Part shown: positions 1-9,009 of the stretch, in pieces | Numbering within the stretch: the first letter of the stretch is position 1 | Layout: every line of letters starts with the position of its first letter | Position numbers and translations under genes: made by a program | Assembly: GCA_040081265.1 (NCBI GenBank) | Contig: JBEBGV010000003.1 | Coordinates: 1,115 to 65,114, forward strand | Direction of reading: 5' to 3' | Origin: Vicinamibacterales bacterium | GTDB lineage: Bacteria > Acidobacteriota > Vicinamibacteria > Vicinamibacterales > UBA2999 | DNA: 64,000 bases | Notes under the pieces: model-generated | Database searches by the model: none | Told to the model about the DNA's origin: nothing | The model's input: the letters and a program-made list of their open reading frames with translations, nothing else

Positions 1-502
1 GAACGACCGGGAGGATCTGGCGCAGGGAAATGAACGACACGTCGATGACGATGATGTCCACCTGCGACGGCAGATCGGCGAGCGACAGGCGTCGGGCGTT
101 GAAGCGCTCGATGACGAGCACGCGTGGGTCGCTGCGCAGACGCCAGTCCAGCTGTCCATGGCCGACGTCGAGTGCGACTACGCGGGTGGCGCCGCGCTGG
201 AGCAGGACGTCGGTAAAACCACCAGTCGAGGCGCCGATGTCGAGTGCTTCCCGGCCTGAGACCGGCACGGTGAACGTGTTCAGCGCGTGCGCCAGCTTCA
301 GCCCTCCTCGCCCCACGTACGGATGGTCGGGAGTGAGCAGCGTGACGTCAGCGTCGACGTCGACCATGGTGCCGGCTTTGTCGAACACGAGGCCGGTGAT
401 GGAGACCTGTCCCGCCAGAATCAGTGCGCGTGCGCGCTCGCGGCTGGGGGCGAGGCCGCGATCCACCAGCAGCTGATCGAGGCGGGTGCGTGCTGAAGCC
501 AC
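1..502 (-). CDS. tlyA: TlyA-family rRNA (cytidine-2'-O)-methyltransferase, 3' end cut by window edge
   Basis: My own minus-strand translation from GTG at 502 gives VASARTRLDQLLVDRGLAPSRERARALILAGQV (S4-like) followed by LDIGASTGGFTDVLLQRGA (SAM-binding). It is absent from the ORF track because it runs off the window. It lies directly downstream of ispA. Confidence 0.8.
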   Translation of the reverse strand, partial: MASARTRLDQLLVDRGLAPSRERARALILAGQVSITGLVFDKAGTMVDVDADVTLLTPDHPYVGRGGLKLAHALNTFTVPVSGREALDIGASTGGFTDVLLQRGATRVVALDVGHGQLDWRLRSDPRVLVIERFNARRLSLADLPSQVDIIVIDVSFISLRQILPVV

Positions 503-503
503 G

Positions 504-1421
504 TCAGCGCGAGCGCTCGACCATGGCCTGTCCCAGTGCGAGCAGGTGCGTGGATGCGAGGCCGGCATGGGCCAGCGCTTCCCTGGCGCGCACCAGGCAC
601 TGCGCCGCTTCCTGCCGGGAACGCTCGAGACCGAACACGGCCGGATAGGTGGGCTTGCCGGCGGCGGCGTCCTTGCCCGCTGTCTTGCCGAGCTCGCTCG
701 ATGAGCCCTCGACATCGAGGATGTCATCGACGATCTGGAACGCGAGACCGAACTCAGCGGCCGCCCGGTCGATAGAGGCGACAGCCTCGTCGTCGCCCCC
801 GCCCATAATCGCACCGGCCACGGCCGACGCGCGAATCAGCGCGCCGGTCTTACGCGCGTGCATCGACTGCACGGCCGCCATGTCGAAGCTGTGACGGCCG
901 GCCTCGGCGGTGCCTGAGCCCGCGCTGCCCAGGTCGATGGCCTGACCGCCCACCATGCCACTGACACCCGCGGCTGCTGCGATCAGACCGATGACGCGCA
1001 CGGACCGGGCAGCCGTAGTGGCACTGGGGGGCACTCGCGACAGGAGGCCGAATGCCTCGGTGAGGAGGCCGTCTCCGGCGAGAATTGCCAGCCCTTCCCC
1101 GGCGACGACATGCAGGGTCGGACGTCCCCGGCGCATGGTGTCGTCGTCCATGGCAGGCAGGTCATCGTGAATGAGCGAGTAGGTGTGGATGAACTCGAGC
1201 GCGCACGCGGCCGGCATCGCCTGCAGCGCGTGTCCGCCGACCGACTCGCACGCCGTGAGGCAGAGTAGAGGGCGCAGCCGTTTGCCCCCGGCGAGCAGGC
1301 TGTAGCGCATCGCTTCGGCAAGGTCAGGTGGACAGTCCGGAGGGGCGGGAAGCGCCGCCTGCAGAGCGGTCTCGACTGCCGCGCGGAGGGCGTCGAAATG
1401 CGTTGCCGCTCCAGACGTCAT
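504..1421 (-). CDS. ispA: polyprenyl (farnesyl/geranylgeranyl) diphosphate synthase
   Basis: 305 aa ORF. Both aspartate-rich motifs are present (LIHDDLPAMDDD and FQIVDDILD). The start overlaps the xseB stop by 4 nt. Confidence 0.9.
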   Translation of the reverse strand: MTSGAATHFDALRAAVETALQAALPAPPDCPPDLAEAMRYSLLAGGKRLRPLLCLTACESVGGHALQAMPAACALEFIHTYSLIHDDLPAMDDDTMRRGRPTLHVVAGEGLAILAGDGLLTEAFGLLSRVPPSATTAARSVRVIGLIAAAAGVSGMVGGQAIDLGSAGSGTAEAGRHSFDMAAVQSMHARKTGALIRASAVAGAIMGGGDDEAVASIDRAAAEFGLAFQIVDDILDVEGSSSELGKTAGKDAAAGKPTYPAVFGLERSRQEAAQCLVRAREALAHAGLASTHLLALGQAMVERSR

Positions 1422-1678
1422 CGACGTCCGCGTTCGCCGGGCGCCTCATCGTCGGCCCCGAGATCTGCAGGCGCGGCCGTGAGCTCGCCGCGTTCGTTGA
1501 GCACTTCGACGCGCCGTTCGGCGTCCTCGAGTCGTGCGTGGCAGAACCGTGAGAGATGGACGCCGCGCTCGTACAACTGCAGCGACGTCTCGAGTGAGAG
1601 GTCACCATCCTCGAGCTTCTTGACGATGGATTCGAGCTCGGCGATCGCGGCTTCGAAGTCCTTGATGCTGGTGTCCAT
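1418..1678 (-). CDS. xseB: exodeoxyribonuclease VII small subunit
   Basis: 86 aa helical protein (FEAAIAELESIVKKLEDGDLSLETSLQLYERG) located directly downstream of xseA. Confidence 0.9.
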   Translation of the reverse strand: MDTSIKDFEAAIAELESIVKKLEDGDLSLETSLQLYERGVHLSRFCHARLEDAERRVEVLNERGELTAAPADLGADDEAPGERGRR

Positions 1679-1691
1679 AAAGGGTGGACCG

Positions 1692-3131
1692 TCAGGCCTC
1701 GTTGGCAGGGCGTGCCGGGGTGCGTGTCACGACATCGCACGTCAGTTCGCCCTCGCGCAGGGTTACCTGGACGCGTTCGCCGGCGTTGACTGACGCCGCC
1801 GAACGCACGATGGCCGTACGGTCTGCATTCCAGCAGACCGCATATCCTCGCCCAAGCACGGCGAGCGGGCTCAGACTCTCGAGCCGTGCGGCCGCGCCGA
1901 GAAAGCGCTGCTGCGCTCGATGACGGTGGTCGACAATGGCCGAACGCAGCGAGGCGTCAGATGACACCAGCCGGGTGCGCACGCGTTGAAACTGTCGTCG
2001 CACATCCAGGCCCTCGAGCTTCAGCTGCAGCGTGCGATAGCGCCGCTCGCGTGCGGCGAGGCCGGCGTTCAGCGCGCGGCGCAGCTCGTGCGAGCGATCG
2101 GCGGTGCGTCGGCCGTGGCCGGCAAGGCGGGCGGGAAATCCGCCCAGCCCGGGGCGGGCCTCGAGGCCGCGGAGGCGTGATTCGAGCCGATGAAGCCGGG
2201 CGTCGAGCACCGCATCGAGACGACGACTGAGGCGGTCGATGCCGGCCACGAAGTCGTCCTTTCTGGCGACGACCAGTTCAGCCGCCGCCGATGGGGTTGG
2301 CGCCCGGAGGTCAGCCACGAAGTCCGCGATTGTCACATCGGATTCGTGACCGACTGCTGAGATCGTCGGGACCGGGCAGCCTGCAAGAGCGCGTGCCACG
2401 ACCTCTTCGTTGAAGGACCACAGGTCTTCTGCCGAGCCGCCTCCGCGTCCGACGATGACCACGTCAACGCCACGCACGCGACCGATCGCGGTGATCGCAC
2501 GGGCGATGTCGAGTTCGGCACTGTCTCCCTGCACGCGGGTCGGGCGAATGATGATGTGTGCGTTGGCGTATCGTCGCCGGAGCACCTTGATGATGTCCCT
2601 GATGGCGGCGCCATCGAGGGAGGTGACGACCCCGATCTTGCGCGGCAGCACGGGGAGTGCGCGCTTCCGTTCGGGTGCGAACAGTCCTTCCCTGGCGAGC
2701 CGTGCCTTCAGCTGTTCGAACGCGAGCTGTCGGGCCCCGAGGCCTTCCGGCTCGAGGTATTCGCACACCAGCTGGTACTCGCCCTTGGGGTCGTACAGGC
2801 TCACCCGTCCACGGGCGACCACGCGAAGTCCGTCCTGTGGCTTGAATTTCAGATAGCGAAGGGCAGAGCGGAACATCACCGCCTTGATCTGGGCGCCGGT
2901 GTCCTTGAGGGTGAAATACAGGTGTCCGGTGTTCCAGAGGCGGCAGTTCGAGATCTCGCCCTCGACCCAGGTGTCGGCGAACTGGCCTTCGAGCAACACG
3001 CGAATCTTCGCGGTGAGCTGCGCGATCGTGAGTACCCGGCGCGCGAGCGGCGACTCGGCGGCGAGCGGGGCGCCCGCATGCACCGGTTCGGGCTCCGGTT
3101 CCTCGAATGGCAGGTCGAACAGCGAACTCAT
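1692..3131 (-). CDS. xseA: exodeoxyribonuclease VII large subunit
   Basis: 479 aa. It has an N-terminal OB-fold (WVEGEISNCRLWNTGHLYFTLKD) and a core motif VVIVGRGGGSAEDLWSFNEE. Confidence 0.9.
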   Translation of the reverse strand: MSSLFDLPFEEPEPEPVHAGAPLAAESPLARRVLTIAQLTAKIRVLLEGQFADTWVEGEISNCRLWNTGHLYFTLKDTGAQIKAVMFRSALRYLKFKPQDGLRVVARGRVSLYDPKGEYQLVCEYLEPEGLGARQLAFEQLKARLAREGLFAPERKRALPVLPRKIGVVTSLDGAAIRDIIKVLRRRYANAHIIIRPTRVQGDSAELDIARAITAIGRVRGVDVVIVGRGGGSAEDLWSFNEEVVARALAGCPVPTISAVGHESDVTIADFVADLRAPTPSAAAELVVARKDDFVAGIDRLSRRLDAVLDARLHRLESRLRGLEARPGLGGFPARLAGHGRRTADRSHELRRALNAGLAARERRYRTLQLKLEGLDVRRQFQRVRTRLVSSDASLRSAIVDHRHRAQQRFLGAAARLESLSPLAVLGRGYAVCWNADRTAIVRSAASVNAGERVQVTLREGELTCDVVTRTPARPANEA

Positions 3132-3145
3132 CTGGGCGGGCCTGA

Positions 3146-3961
3146 CTATGTTGGTCGGGACGCGGCCAGCTGGTCAATGTCGCGCTCGGAGAGGCTCAGA
3201 CGCGTGATCGCGGTGGCCCGCCCTGTCTTGTCGTCAGCGTCGATGAGGACGCCGTTCAGCCGCGGATTGCCGGTGGCTGGCTCGAAGCGTGACGGCATCG
3301 CGTTGATGAAACGTGCGAGCGAGGGTTCTCGCTCCATGCCGATGATGGAATCGTGGGGTCCGGTCATGCCGACGTCAGTCAGATAGGCCGTGCCGAGCGG
3401 GAGGATGCGCTCGTCGGCCGTCTGTACGTGAGTGTGGGTGCCGACAACCGCTGTGACCTTGCCGTCGAGGTGCCACCCCATCGCGATCTTCTCGCTCGTC
3501 GCCTCAGCGTGCATATCCACGAAGATCACCTTCGTTCGGCCACGCAGCGCCTCAATCTCTTTCTGGACGACCGCAAAGGGGTTGTCGATGTTCAGCATGA
3601 ACACGCGGCCCATGACGTTGACGACCCCGACGGCGCGTCCGTCGCGTGTCTGGGCGAGATAGCTGCCGCGCCCGGGCACGCCAGCCGGATAGTTGGCCGG
3701 GCGGAGGAGTCGTGGTTCGGTGGCGATGTAATCGATCGCCTCCTTCTTGTCCCAGATGTGATTGCCGGACGTCATGACGTCAACACCCCAGTCAAGCAGG
3801 GTATCGCCGATGTCCTTGGTGATGCCGAAGCCGGCGGCGGCATTCTCGGCATTGGCGATCACCAGATCAACGTCGTGCAGTTCGACGAGCGCGCGAAGGC
3901 CTTTGCGAATCAGTTCGCGGCCGGGTTTTCCGACGATGTCACCGATGAAGAAGAGTCTCAC
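3146..3961 (-). CDS. ymdB: YmdB-like metallophosphoesterase (2',3'-cyclic-nucleotide phosphodiesterase family)
   Basis: 271 aa with motifs RLFFIGDIVGKPGR and SGNHIWDKKE. The GTG start overlaps the hsp20 stop (GTGA). Confidence 0.8.
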   Translation of the reverse strand: MRLFFIGDIVGKPGRELIRKGLRALVELHDVDLVIANAENAAAGFGITKDIGDTLLDWGVDVMTSGNHIWDKKEAIDYIATEPRLLRPANYPAGVPGRGSYLAQTRDGRAVGVVNVMGRVFMLNIDNPFAVVQKEIEALRGRTKVIFVDMHAEATSEKIAMGWHLDGKVTAVVGTHTHVQTADERILPLGTAYLTDVGMTGPHDSIIGMEREPSLARFINAMPSRFEPATGNPRLNGVLIDADDKTGRATAITRLSLSERDIDQLAASRPT

Positions 3962-4437
3962 CCATTGGCCTGTCTGCCGGGAGTGGCAATAGCGATGCGG
4001 TGGGCCTGTCCCCTCCGCTCGTCCAGTTTCGGCAGCACGATGTGTAGTTCGCCTTCGCGAATCTGCGCACGCGCAGCCGAGACGTCAAACGCCCCGGGGA
4101 CACGTACGGCGCGGGCGAAGCGGCCGAACTCTCGCTCGACCAGGTGAAATGTGCGCGGGGCTGACGGCCGCGCCGCGGCCTTCTCGCCCACGATCACCAG
4201 GACGTCGCCTCGGAAGACCACGCGGAGAGCCCGGGCGCTGATACCGGCGACGTCCACGAAGATCTCGACGGTTGCATCCGTTTCGAGCACGTCTACTGAG
4301 GGGTGGCACTCGCCGGCCCCCCCGCGCTCTCCATTTGCCAGGGTGGCCGCCAGTTCGTCGAACAGATCTTGAATGTCCTGACGGATCTCCGCGGCATCGC
4401 CGCTGGAAATGAGAGGGATTCGAGGCACCGTCCCCAT
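3958..4437 (-). CDS. Hsp20/alpha-crystallin small heat-shock protein
   Basis: 159 aa with an alpha-crystallin domain pattern (VDVLETDATVEIFVDVAGI ... GELHIVLPK). It is divergent from dnaK. Confidence 0.85.
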   Translation of the reverse strand: MGTVPRIPLISSGDAAEIRQDIQDLFDELAATLANGERGGAGECHPSVDVLETDATVEIFVDVAGISARALRVVFRGDVLVIVGEKAAARPSAPRTFHLVEREFGRFARAVRVPGAFDVSAARAQIREGELHIVLPKLDERRGQAHRIAIATPGRQANG

Positions 4438-4502
4438 AGTAGCCCTCTGCCCGTCCTCACGTCACCGGCCAGTCACTCCAATCTCACCCTACAACATGAG
4501 TG

Positions 4503-4530
4503 TATCTAACTAAGATTAACTTATTGACAA
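4503..4530 (-). promoter_or_regulatory. candidate sigma70-type promoter for the divergent hsp20 operon
   Basis: On the minus strand: TTGTCA (4530-4525), a 16-nt spacer and TAGATA (4508-4503). The -35 hexamer overlaps the dnaK -35 within the palindrome TTGTCAA/TTGACAA. Confidence 0.4.
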
Positions 4531-4552
4531 GCACTCACTGTACGTCTACCAT
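4524..4552 (+). promoter_or_regulatory. candidate sigma70-type promoter for dnaK
   Basis: TTGACA (4524-4529), a 17-nt spacer and TACCAT (4547-4552), inside the only AT-rich patch of the hsp20/dnaK intergenic region. Confidence 0.45.
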
Positions 4553-4593
4553 TACTCCATTGGCACGGGGGTTACCCCGTCGGGGGTTTTGAC

Positions 4594-6465
4594 ATGAGCA
4601 AAGTGATTGGAATCGACCTCGGCACCACCAACTCGGTTGTCGCGGTCATGGAAGGCGGAGAAGCTGCCGTCATCGTGAACCAGGAGGGCGGCCGGACTAC
4701 GCCGTCGGTTGTGGGCTTCTCGAAGGATGGTGAGCGGCTCGTTGGCCAGGTGGCCAAGCGTCAGGCGGTTACCAACCCTGAGAACACCGTCTTCTCGGTC
4801 AAGCGATTCATGGGCCGGAAGTTTGCCGAAGTGGCCAAGGAAACAGCGCGCGTCCCGTATCGCGTCGTCCAGGCCGCCAACGGCGACGCCTGGATCGAGG
4901 CCAGGGGCAAGCAGCACTCGGCTCCGGAGATCTCCGCGATGATTCTCCAGAAGCTGAAGACGGCCGCAGAGGATTACCTGGGAGAGAAGGTGACCGACGC
5001 GGTCATCACCGTTCCCGCGTACTTCAACGACGCACAGCGACAGGCAACCAAGGACGCTGGCAAGATTGCCGGCCTCAACGTCCTGCGCATCGTCAATGAG
5101 CCCACGGCGGCCGCGCTCGCCTACGGACTCGACAAGAAGAAGGACGAGACGATCGCGGTGTACGACTTCGGCGGCGGCACCTTCGACATCTCCATCCTCG
5201 AGGTGGGCGAGGGCGTCGTGGAAGTGAAGTCCACCAACGGCGACACACACCTGGGAGGTGACGATCTCGATGAGCGCGTCATCGACTGGATGGTGGCCGA
5301 GTTTCGCAAGAGCGACGGCATCGACCTCAGCAAGGATCGGATGGCGCTGCAGCGGCTCAAGGAAGCCGCAGAGAAGGCCAAGATCGAGCTCTCCACTGTC
5401 ATGGAGACCGACATCAACCTGCCTTTCGTCACCGCTGATCAGAGTGGCCCGAAGCACCTGCAGATGAGACTGACGCGGGCGAAGTTCGAACAGATCGTCG
5501 AGGACCTCCTCGAGCGGTCGATGGGTCCCCTGAAGCAGGCGCTCGCCGACGCGGGCCTGAAGCCTGCCGACGTCGACGAGATCGTGCTGGTCGGAGGCTC
5601 GACGCGCGTGCCGAAGATTCAGCAGCTGGTCAAGGACTACTTCGGCAAGGAGCCCCACAAGGGCGTCAACCCGGACGAGGTGGTCGCGGTCGGTGCGGCG
5701 ATTCAGGGCGGCGTACTGAAGGGCGAGGTCAAGGACGTGCTGCTCCTCGACGTCACGCCGCTGTCACTCGGCATCGAAACACTCGGTGGCGTGATGACGA
5801 CGCTCATCAGTCGCAACACGACGATTCCGACGCGCAAGAGCGAGACCTTCTCGACCGCTGCCGACAACCAGACGAGCGTCGAGGTGCACGTCCTGCAGGG
5901 CGAACGCCCGCTGGCCCGTGACAACCGCACGCTCGGTCGATTTCAGCTGGTTGGTCTGCCGCCGGCGCCGCGCGGAGTGCCGCAGGTTGAGGTGGCCTTC
6001 GACATCGACGCCAATGGCATCGTCAACGTGACGGCCAAGGACGTGGCGACGGGCAAGGAACAGAAGATCACCATCAGCGGCTCGTCCGGCTTGAGTAAGG
6101 ACGACGTCGATCGCATGGTGAAGGACGCCGCAGCGCATTCGGCGGAGGACCAGTCCAGACGCGAAGTGATTGACCTGCGCAACCAGGCTGATGCGCTCGG
6201 CTACGCGGTGGAGAAGTCGGTCATCGAGAACCGTGACCGGATGCCTGCCACCGACGTCTCGCGCATCGAGGCGGAGATCGCAGCGCTTCGTGAAGCAGCG
6301 CAGGGTGACGATGGGGCGGCGATTGGCCGCGCCCGCGACACGCTGCAGAAGAGCTCGCATGCGCTCGCTGAGCAGCTCTACAAGCAGACGCAGGCGAACG
6401 CGGCGCATTCAGCGACGTCACACACCGAGCCCGATGTGAAGGACGGCGAGGTTGTCGGCGCTTAA
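4594..6465 (+). CDS. dnaK: molecular chaperone DnaK (Hsp70)
   Basis: 623 aa with motifs [20 protein letters not shown] and [13 protein letters not shown]. Confidence 0.98.
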   Translation: MSKVIGIDLGTTNSVVAVMEGGEAAVIVNQEGGRTTPSVVGFSKDGERLVGQVAKRQAVTNPENTVFSVKRFMGRKFAEVAKETARVPYRVVQAANGDAWIEARGKQHSAPEISAMILQKLKTAAEDYLGEKVTDAVITVPAYFNDAQRQATKDAGKIAGLNVLRIVNEPTAAALAYGLDKKKDETIAVYDFGGGTFDISILEVGEGVVEVKSTNGDTHLGGDDLDERVIDWMVAEFRKSDGIDLSKDRMALQRLKEAAEKAKIELSTVMETDINLPFVTADQSGPKHLQMRLTRAKFEQIVEDLLERSMGPLKQALADAGLKPADVDEIVLVGGSTRVPKIQQLVKDYFGKEPHKGVNPDEVVAVGAAIQGGVLKGEVKDVLLLDVTPLSLGIETLGGVMTTLISRNTTIPTRKSETFSTAADNQTSVEVHVLQGERPLARDNRTLGRFQLVGLPPAPRGVPQVEVAFDIDANGIVNVTAKDVATGKEQKITISGSSGLSKDDVDRMVKDAAAHSAEDQSRREVIDLRNQADALGYAVEKSVIENRDRMPATDVSRIEAEIAALREAAQGDDGAAIGRARDTLQKSSHALAEQLYKQTQANAAHSATSHTEPDVKDGEVVGA

Positions 6466-6482
6466 CTCATAGGAGAAAAACC

Positions 6483-6929
6483 ATGGCCATTACCCGATTC
6501 GATCCGTTCCGTGACTTTGCGACCCTCCAGGACCGCCTGAATCGCGTTTTCGGTGACGCGTACGTTCGAGACGAGGACGTGACCAGCCGCGGCGCCTGGG
6601 TTCCGCCGGTCGACATCTACGAGACCGACGCGCATGACCTTGTCCTGAAGGTCGAGCTGCCCGACATGGCCCGCGAGGACATCGAGGTCACCGTTGAGCA
6701 CAACACGCTTCGGCTGAAGGGCACGAAAAAGGGGCTGACCGACGTCAAGGAAGAGCAGTACCGCCGCATTGAGCGCAGCTACGGTTCCTTCAGTCGCAGC
6801 TTCACCCTGCCGAACACGGTGGATGCGTCCAAGGTAACGGCGGAGTACAAGAACGGTGTCCTGACAGTGACGCTGCCGTTCCGCGAAGACGCCCGTCCGA
6901 AGACCATCAAGGTCGACGTCGCGGCCTGA
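6483..6929 (+). CDS. Hsp20/alpha-crystallin small heat-shock protein
   Basis: 148 aa with motifs WVPPVDIYETDAHDLVLKVELPD and AEYKNGVLTVTLP. An AGGAG Shine-Dalgarno lies 17 nt after the dnaK stop, so it is probably co-transcribed. Confidence 0.9.
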   Translation: MAITRFDPFRDFATLQDRLNRVFGDAYVRDEDVTSRGAWVPPVDIYETDAHDLVLKVELPDMAREDIEVTVEHNTLRLKGTKKGLTDVKEEQYRRIERSYGSFSRSFTLPNTVDASKVTAEYKNGVLTVTLPFREDARPKTIKVDVAA

Positions 6930-6936
6930 GTCGCCT

Positions 6937-6970
6937 CAGGGGCGGGACGCGGGTCCCGCCCCTGCATTTC
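6937..6970 (+). terminator. intrinsic terminator after hsp20
   Basis: A perfect 12-bp stem, CAGGGGCGGGAC (6937-6948) pairing with GTCCCGCCCCTG (6953-6964), has a 4-nt loop and is followed by CATTTCT. Confidence 0.6.
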
Positions 6971-6988
6971 TCGTGTTAGTCTCAACCC

Positions 6989-7264
6989 ATGGACTCCAAC
7001 ACCTTCGATCCGGAATCAGGCGTTGAGGAGGAGACTCAGGCGCCACGCCCGACCGCCCCACCTATCGAAAGCCGGTTTTTGTTCGTAGACGTGGCTGCGA
7101 TGCGGGCCAAACAGCTTCGCCGTGGGGCGCTGGTGCGGCTCGACGACGAGGACTTCGCGTCGATGCGCGTGCTGCCACACAAGCTCGAGCGAATCGCGAT
7201 GGAAGAGGTCCGTCGCAACCTCGTCCTGTACGACACGCCCGCCACCAGGAAGATCGCTGAGTAG
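6989..7264 (+). CDS. rpoZ: DNA-directed RNA polymerase omega subunit-like protein
   Basis: 91 aa. The core SRFLFVDVAAMRAKQLRRGA matches the conserved RpoZ helix (SR..L...AA.RA.QL), and there is a C-terminal IAMEEV motif. Confidence 0.7.
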   Translation: MDSNTFDPESGVEEETQAPRPTAPPIESRFLFVDVAAMRAKQLRRGALVRLDDEDFASMRVLPHKLERIAMEEVRRNLVLYDTPATRKIAE

Positions 7265-7297
7265 TGCCTCGGCGGTGACGTTGCCGCCGCCCCGCGT

Positions 7298-7798
7298 CTA
7301 TTTGCCGATCTCGCAGTCGCCGTAGTGTTGCGAAACCGCTGGTGGACCGGCGGTCCCGCCACCGCGAGTACCGCCGTATTCGGAGCGTGACTGCACGGCC
7401 TTGAGCCGGCCATCGTGGCTGACCTCCGAAAACACCGTCGTCACCGCCAGCGCGCCACTTGGGCGGATGTCGAGGAAGTGGAGGTTCGACCCCACCAGCC
7501 GGACGGTCACCTCGGCCGTCTCCCCGAGTCCCGCAGCGATGGCCGTTCCCCCCTGCGCATCGACCTCACTCAGTCGCATTGTGGTTGCACCCGCCGGGCT
7601 GGCGACGGCGGCACTCGGCTGGCCGTTTGTCCATGAACCCGATGCGGAGGCGGGAAAGACGCACGTCAGCGCCGTCACCGCTTCGAGCACGGGACTGGCC
7701 TCAGGCCCGCGGGGGCGTCGTCCTCGTCGCTGAGCGTCGATTGCGGACGTCCCAAGGACCACGCACACGCCGACGACCAGAACCTTGTATACCCTCAT
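7298..7798 (-). CDS. hypothetical secreted protein
   Basis: 166 aa with a hydrophobic N-terminal signal-like segment (MRVYKVLVVGVCVVLGTSAIDA). I recognise no domain. Confidence 0.5.
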   Translation of the reverse strand: MRVYKVLVVGVCVVLGTSAIDAQRRGRRPRGPEASPVLEAVTALTCVFPASASGSWTNGQPSAAVASPAGATTMRLSEVDAQGGTAIAAGLGETAEVTVRLVGSNLHFLDIRPSGALAVTTVFSEVSHDGRLKAVQSRSEYGGTRGGGTAGPPAVSQHYGDCEIGK

Positions 7799-7809
7799 GG
7801 TTGCGACTC

Positions 7810-8307
7810 CTATCCGACCAGCGATGGATATCCTAGCGCCTTGCGCATGTAGCCGAGCTGGCCGACGTGGTAGCTGTCGTGCAAAGCGAGGAAGCCAACC
7901 TGCTGCGCGACCGTCTCAGCCCGAGGCAATTGTGGACCTCGAGCCGGAGCGGACAAAGCCGCATCGTCCAGGGCGGCGAGCTGGGTCTCGAGCCTCGCGG
8001 CGACATCGCCTGAGACGGCGCGCATCTGGTCGAGGGAAGGGTAGGCCGAAGGTTCAGGTGCCTCAGCACCGCGGTTGAAGATGGCTCCCCAGGTTGTGTC
8101 GAAGGGGTCGCCGAGCAGCGTCAGAAGCAGCGCTCGAGTCTGGACGATATGTCCGGCGACCCAGGCAATGGAGTTGGTGCGATCGCTCGGGCGGTTCCGA
8201 TAGTGGTCTTCGCTCAGGTCTTCGAGGGCCCTGACAAGGAGGCCGGCGTTAATCGCGAAGATGAGTGACAAGGGAGGCGTGATCGCACTCTTCGGTGAGT
8301 TGGTCAT
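7810..8307 (-). CDS. DinB-family (DinB_2 / YfiT-like) four-helix-bundle protein
   Basis: 165 aa with His motifs WVAGHIVQTR and LHDSYHVGQLGY, typical of the family. Confidence 0.75.
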   Translation of the reverse strand: MTNSPKSAITPPLSLIFAINAGLLVRALEDLSEDHYRNRPSDRTNSIAWVAGHIVQTRALLLTLLGDPFDTTWGAIFNRGAEAPEPSAYPSLDQMRAVSGDVAARLETQLAALDDAALSAPARGPQLPRAETVAQQVGFLALHDSYHVGQLGYMRKALGYPSLVG

Positions 8308-8334
8308 GGTGGCACTCGGGCTGTGAGGCGTCGT

Positions 8335-9009
8335 TCAGGACAGATGGATGATGCCACGTCGAACGGCCACCCGCACCGCTTCGGTACGGTCGGTGACGTC
8401 GAGCTTGTGGAAGACGTTCTTCACGTGCACACGAACAGTCTCTTCGCTGATCCTCAGCGTCACGCCGACCTCACGGTTACGCAGGCCCTGGGCGATCAGT
8501 CCAAGGACTTCGATCTCCCGAGAGGTCAGCGTCGGCTGCAGTGCACGCTGGCGCAGCGTCTCGCGCACGTCGTCGCTCACCGGTCGCAGTCCGGAATACA
8601 CCTCGCGCACCACGCGCAGGAGGTCGTCAGCGAGCGTGTCCTTGACCACATAGGTGGCGGCGCCGGCCTGCATGGCGCGATAGATGTCCTCGTCGCCGTG
8701 ATACATGGTGACGACGATGACCCGCGCGCCCGGGTCCTCACGTCGAATCGCACGAATGGCGTCGACGCCGCTCGTTGTCCCCAGCTGCAGGTCCATGAGC
8801 GTGACGTCCGGCCGCGTGCGGCAGAAGAGCTCCAGCGCCTCCTCGCCCGTGGCGGCTGCTCCGACCACCTCGATGTCTCCCTCTCGGGCCAGGATCAGTG
8901 CGAGCCCTTCGCGCACCAGTCGGTGGTCGTCCACGCAAAGCACGCGGATTGGCGCTGTGACGATCACCGGGAGGTCAGCTGAGTGATGTCGCAGGGATCG
9001 TTGCCTCAA
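8335..9009 (-). CDS. NarL/LuxR-family response regulator (REC + HTH_LuxR)
   Basis: The REC domain shows IRVLCVDDH ... DVTLMDLQL, and the C-terminal HTH shows LTSREIEVLGLIAQGLRNREVGVTLRISEETVRVHVKNVF. The start is uncertain: ATG at 9009 overlaps the kinase stop, and GTG at 8967 is an alternative. Confidence 0.85.
   Translation of the reverse strand: MRQRSLRHHSADLPVIVTAPIRVLCVDDHRLVREGLALILAREGDIEVVGAAATGEEALELFCRTRPDVTLMDLQLGTTSGVDAIRAIRREDPGARVIVVTMYHGDEDIYRAMQAGAATYVVKDTLADDLLRVVREVYSGLRPVSDDVRETLRQRALQPTLTSREIEVLGLIAQGLRNREVGVTLRISEETVRVHVKNVFHKLDVTDRTEAVRVAVRRGIIHLS

Noticed and set aside
4498-4536. Possible CIRCE-like element (TGAGTG ... CACTCA) upstream of dnaK
   Set aside because: The arms are only 6 bp and are separated by 29 nt rather than 9. 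The TTAGCACTC consensus is also absent.
4552-5658. 368-aa ORF on the minus strand
   Set aside because: It is entirely antisense to the unambiguous dnaK gene. The composition (R/L/G/D-rich, no motifs) is typical of shadow ORFs in high-GC DNA.
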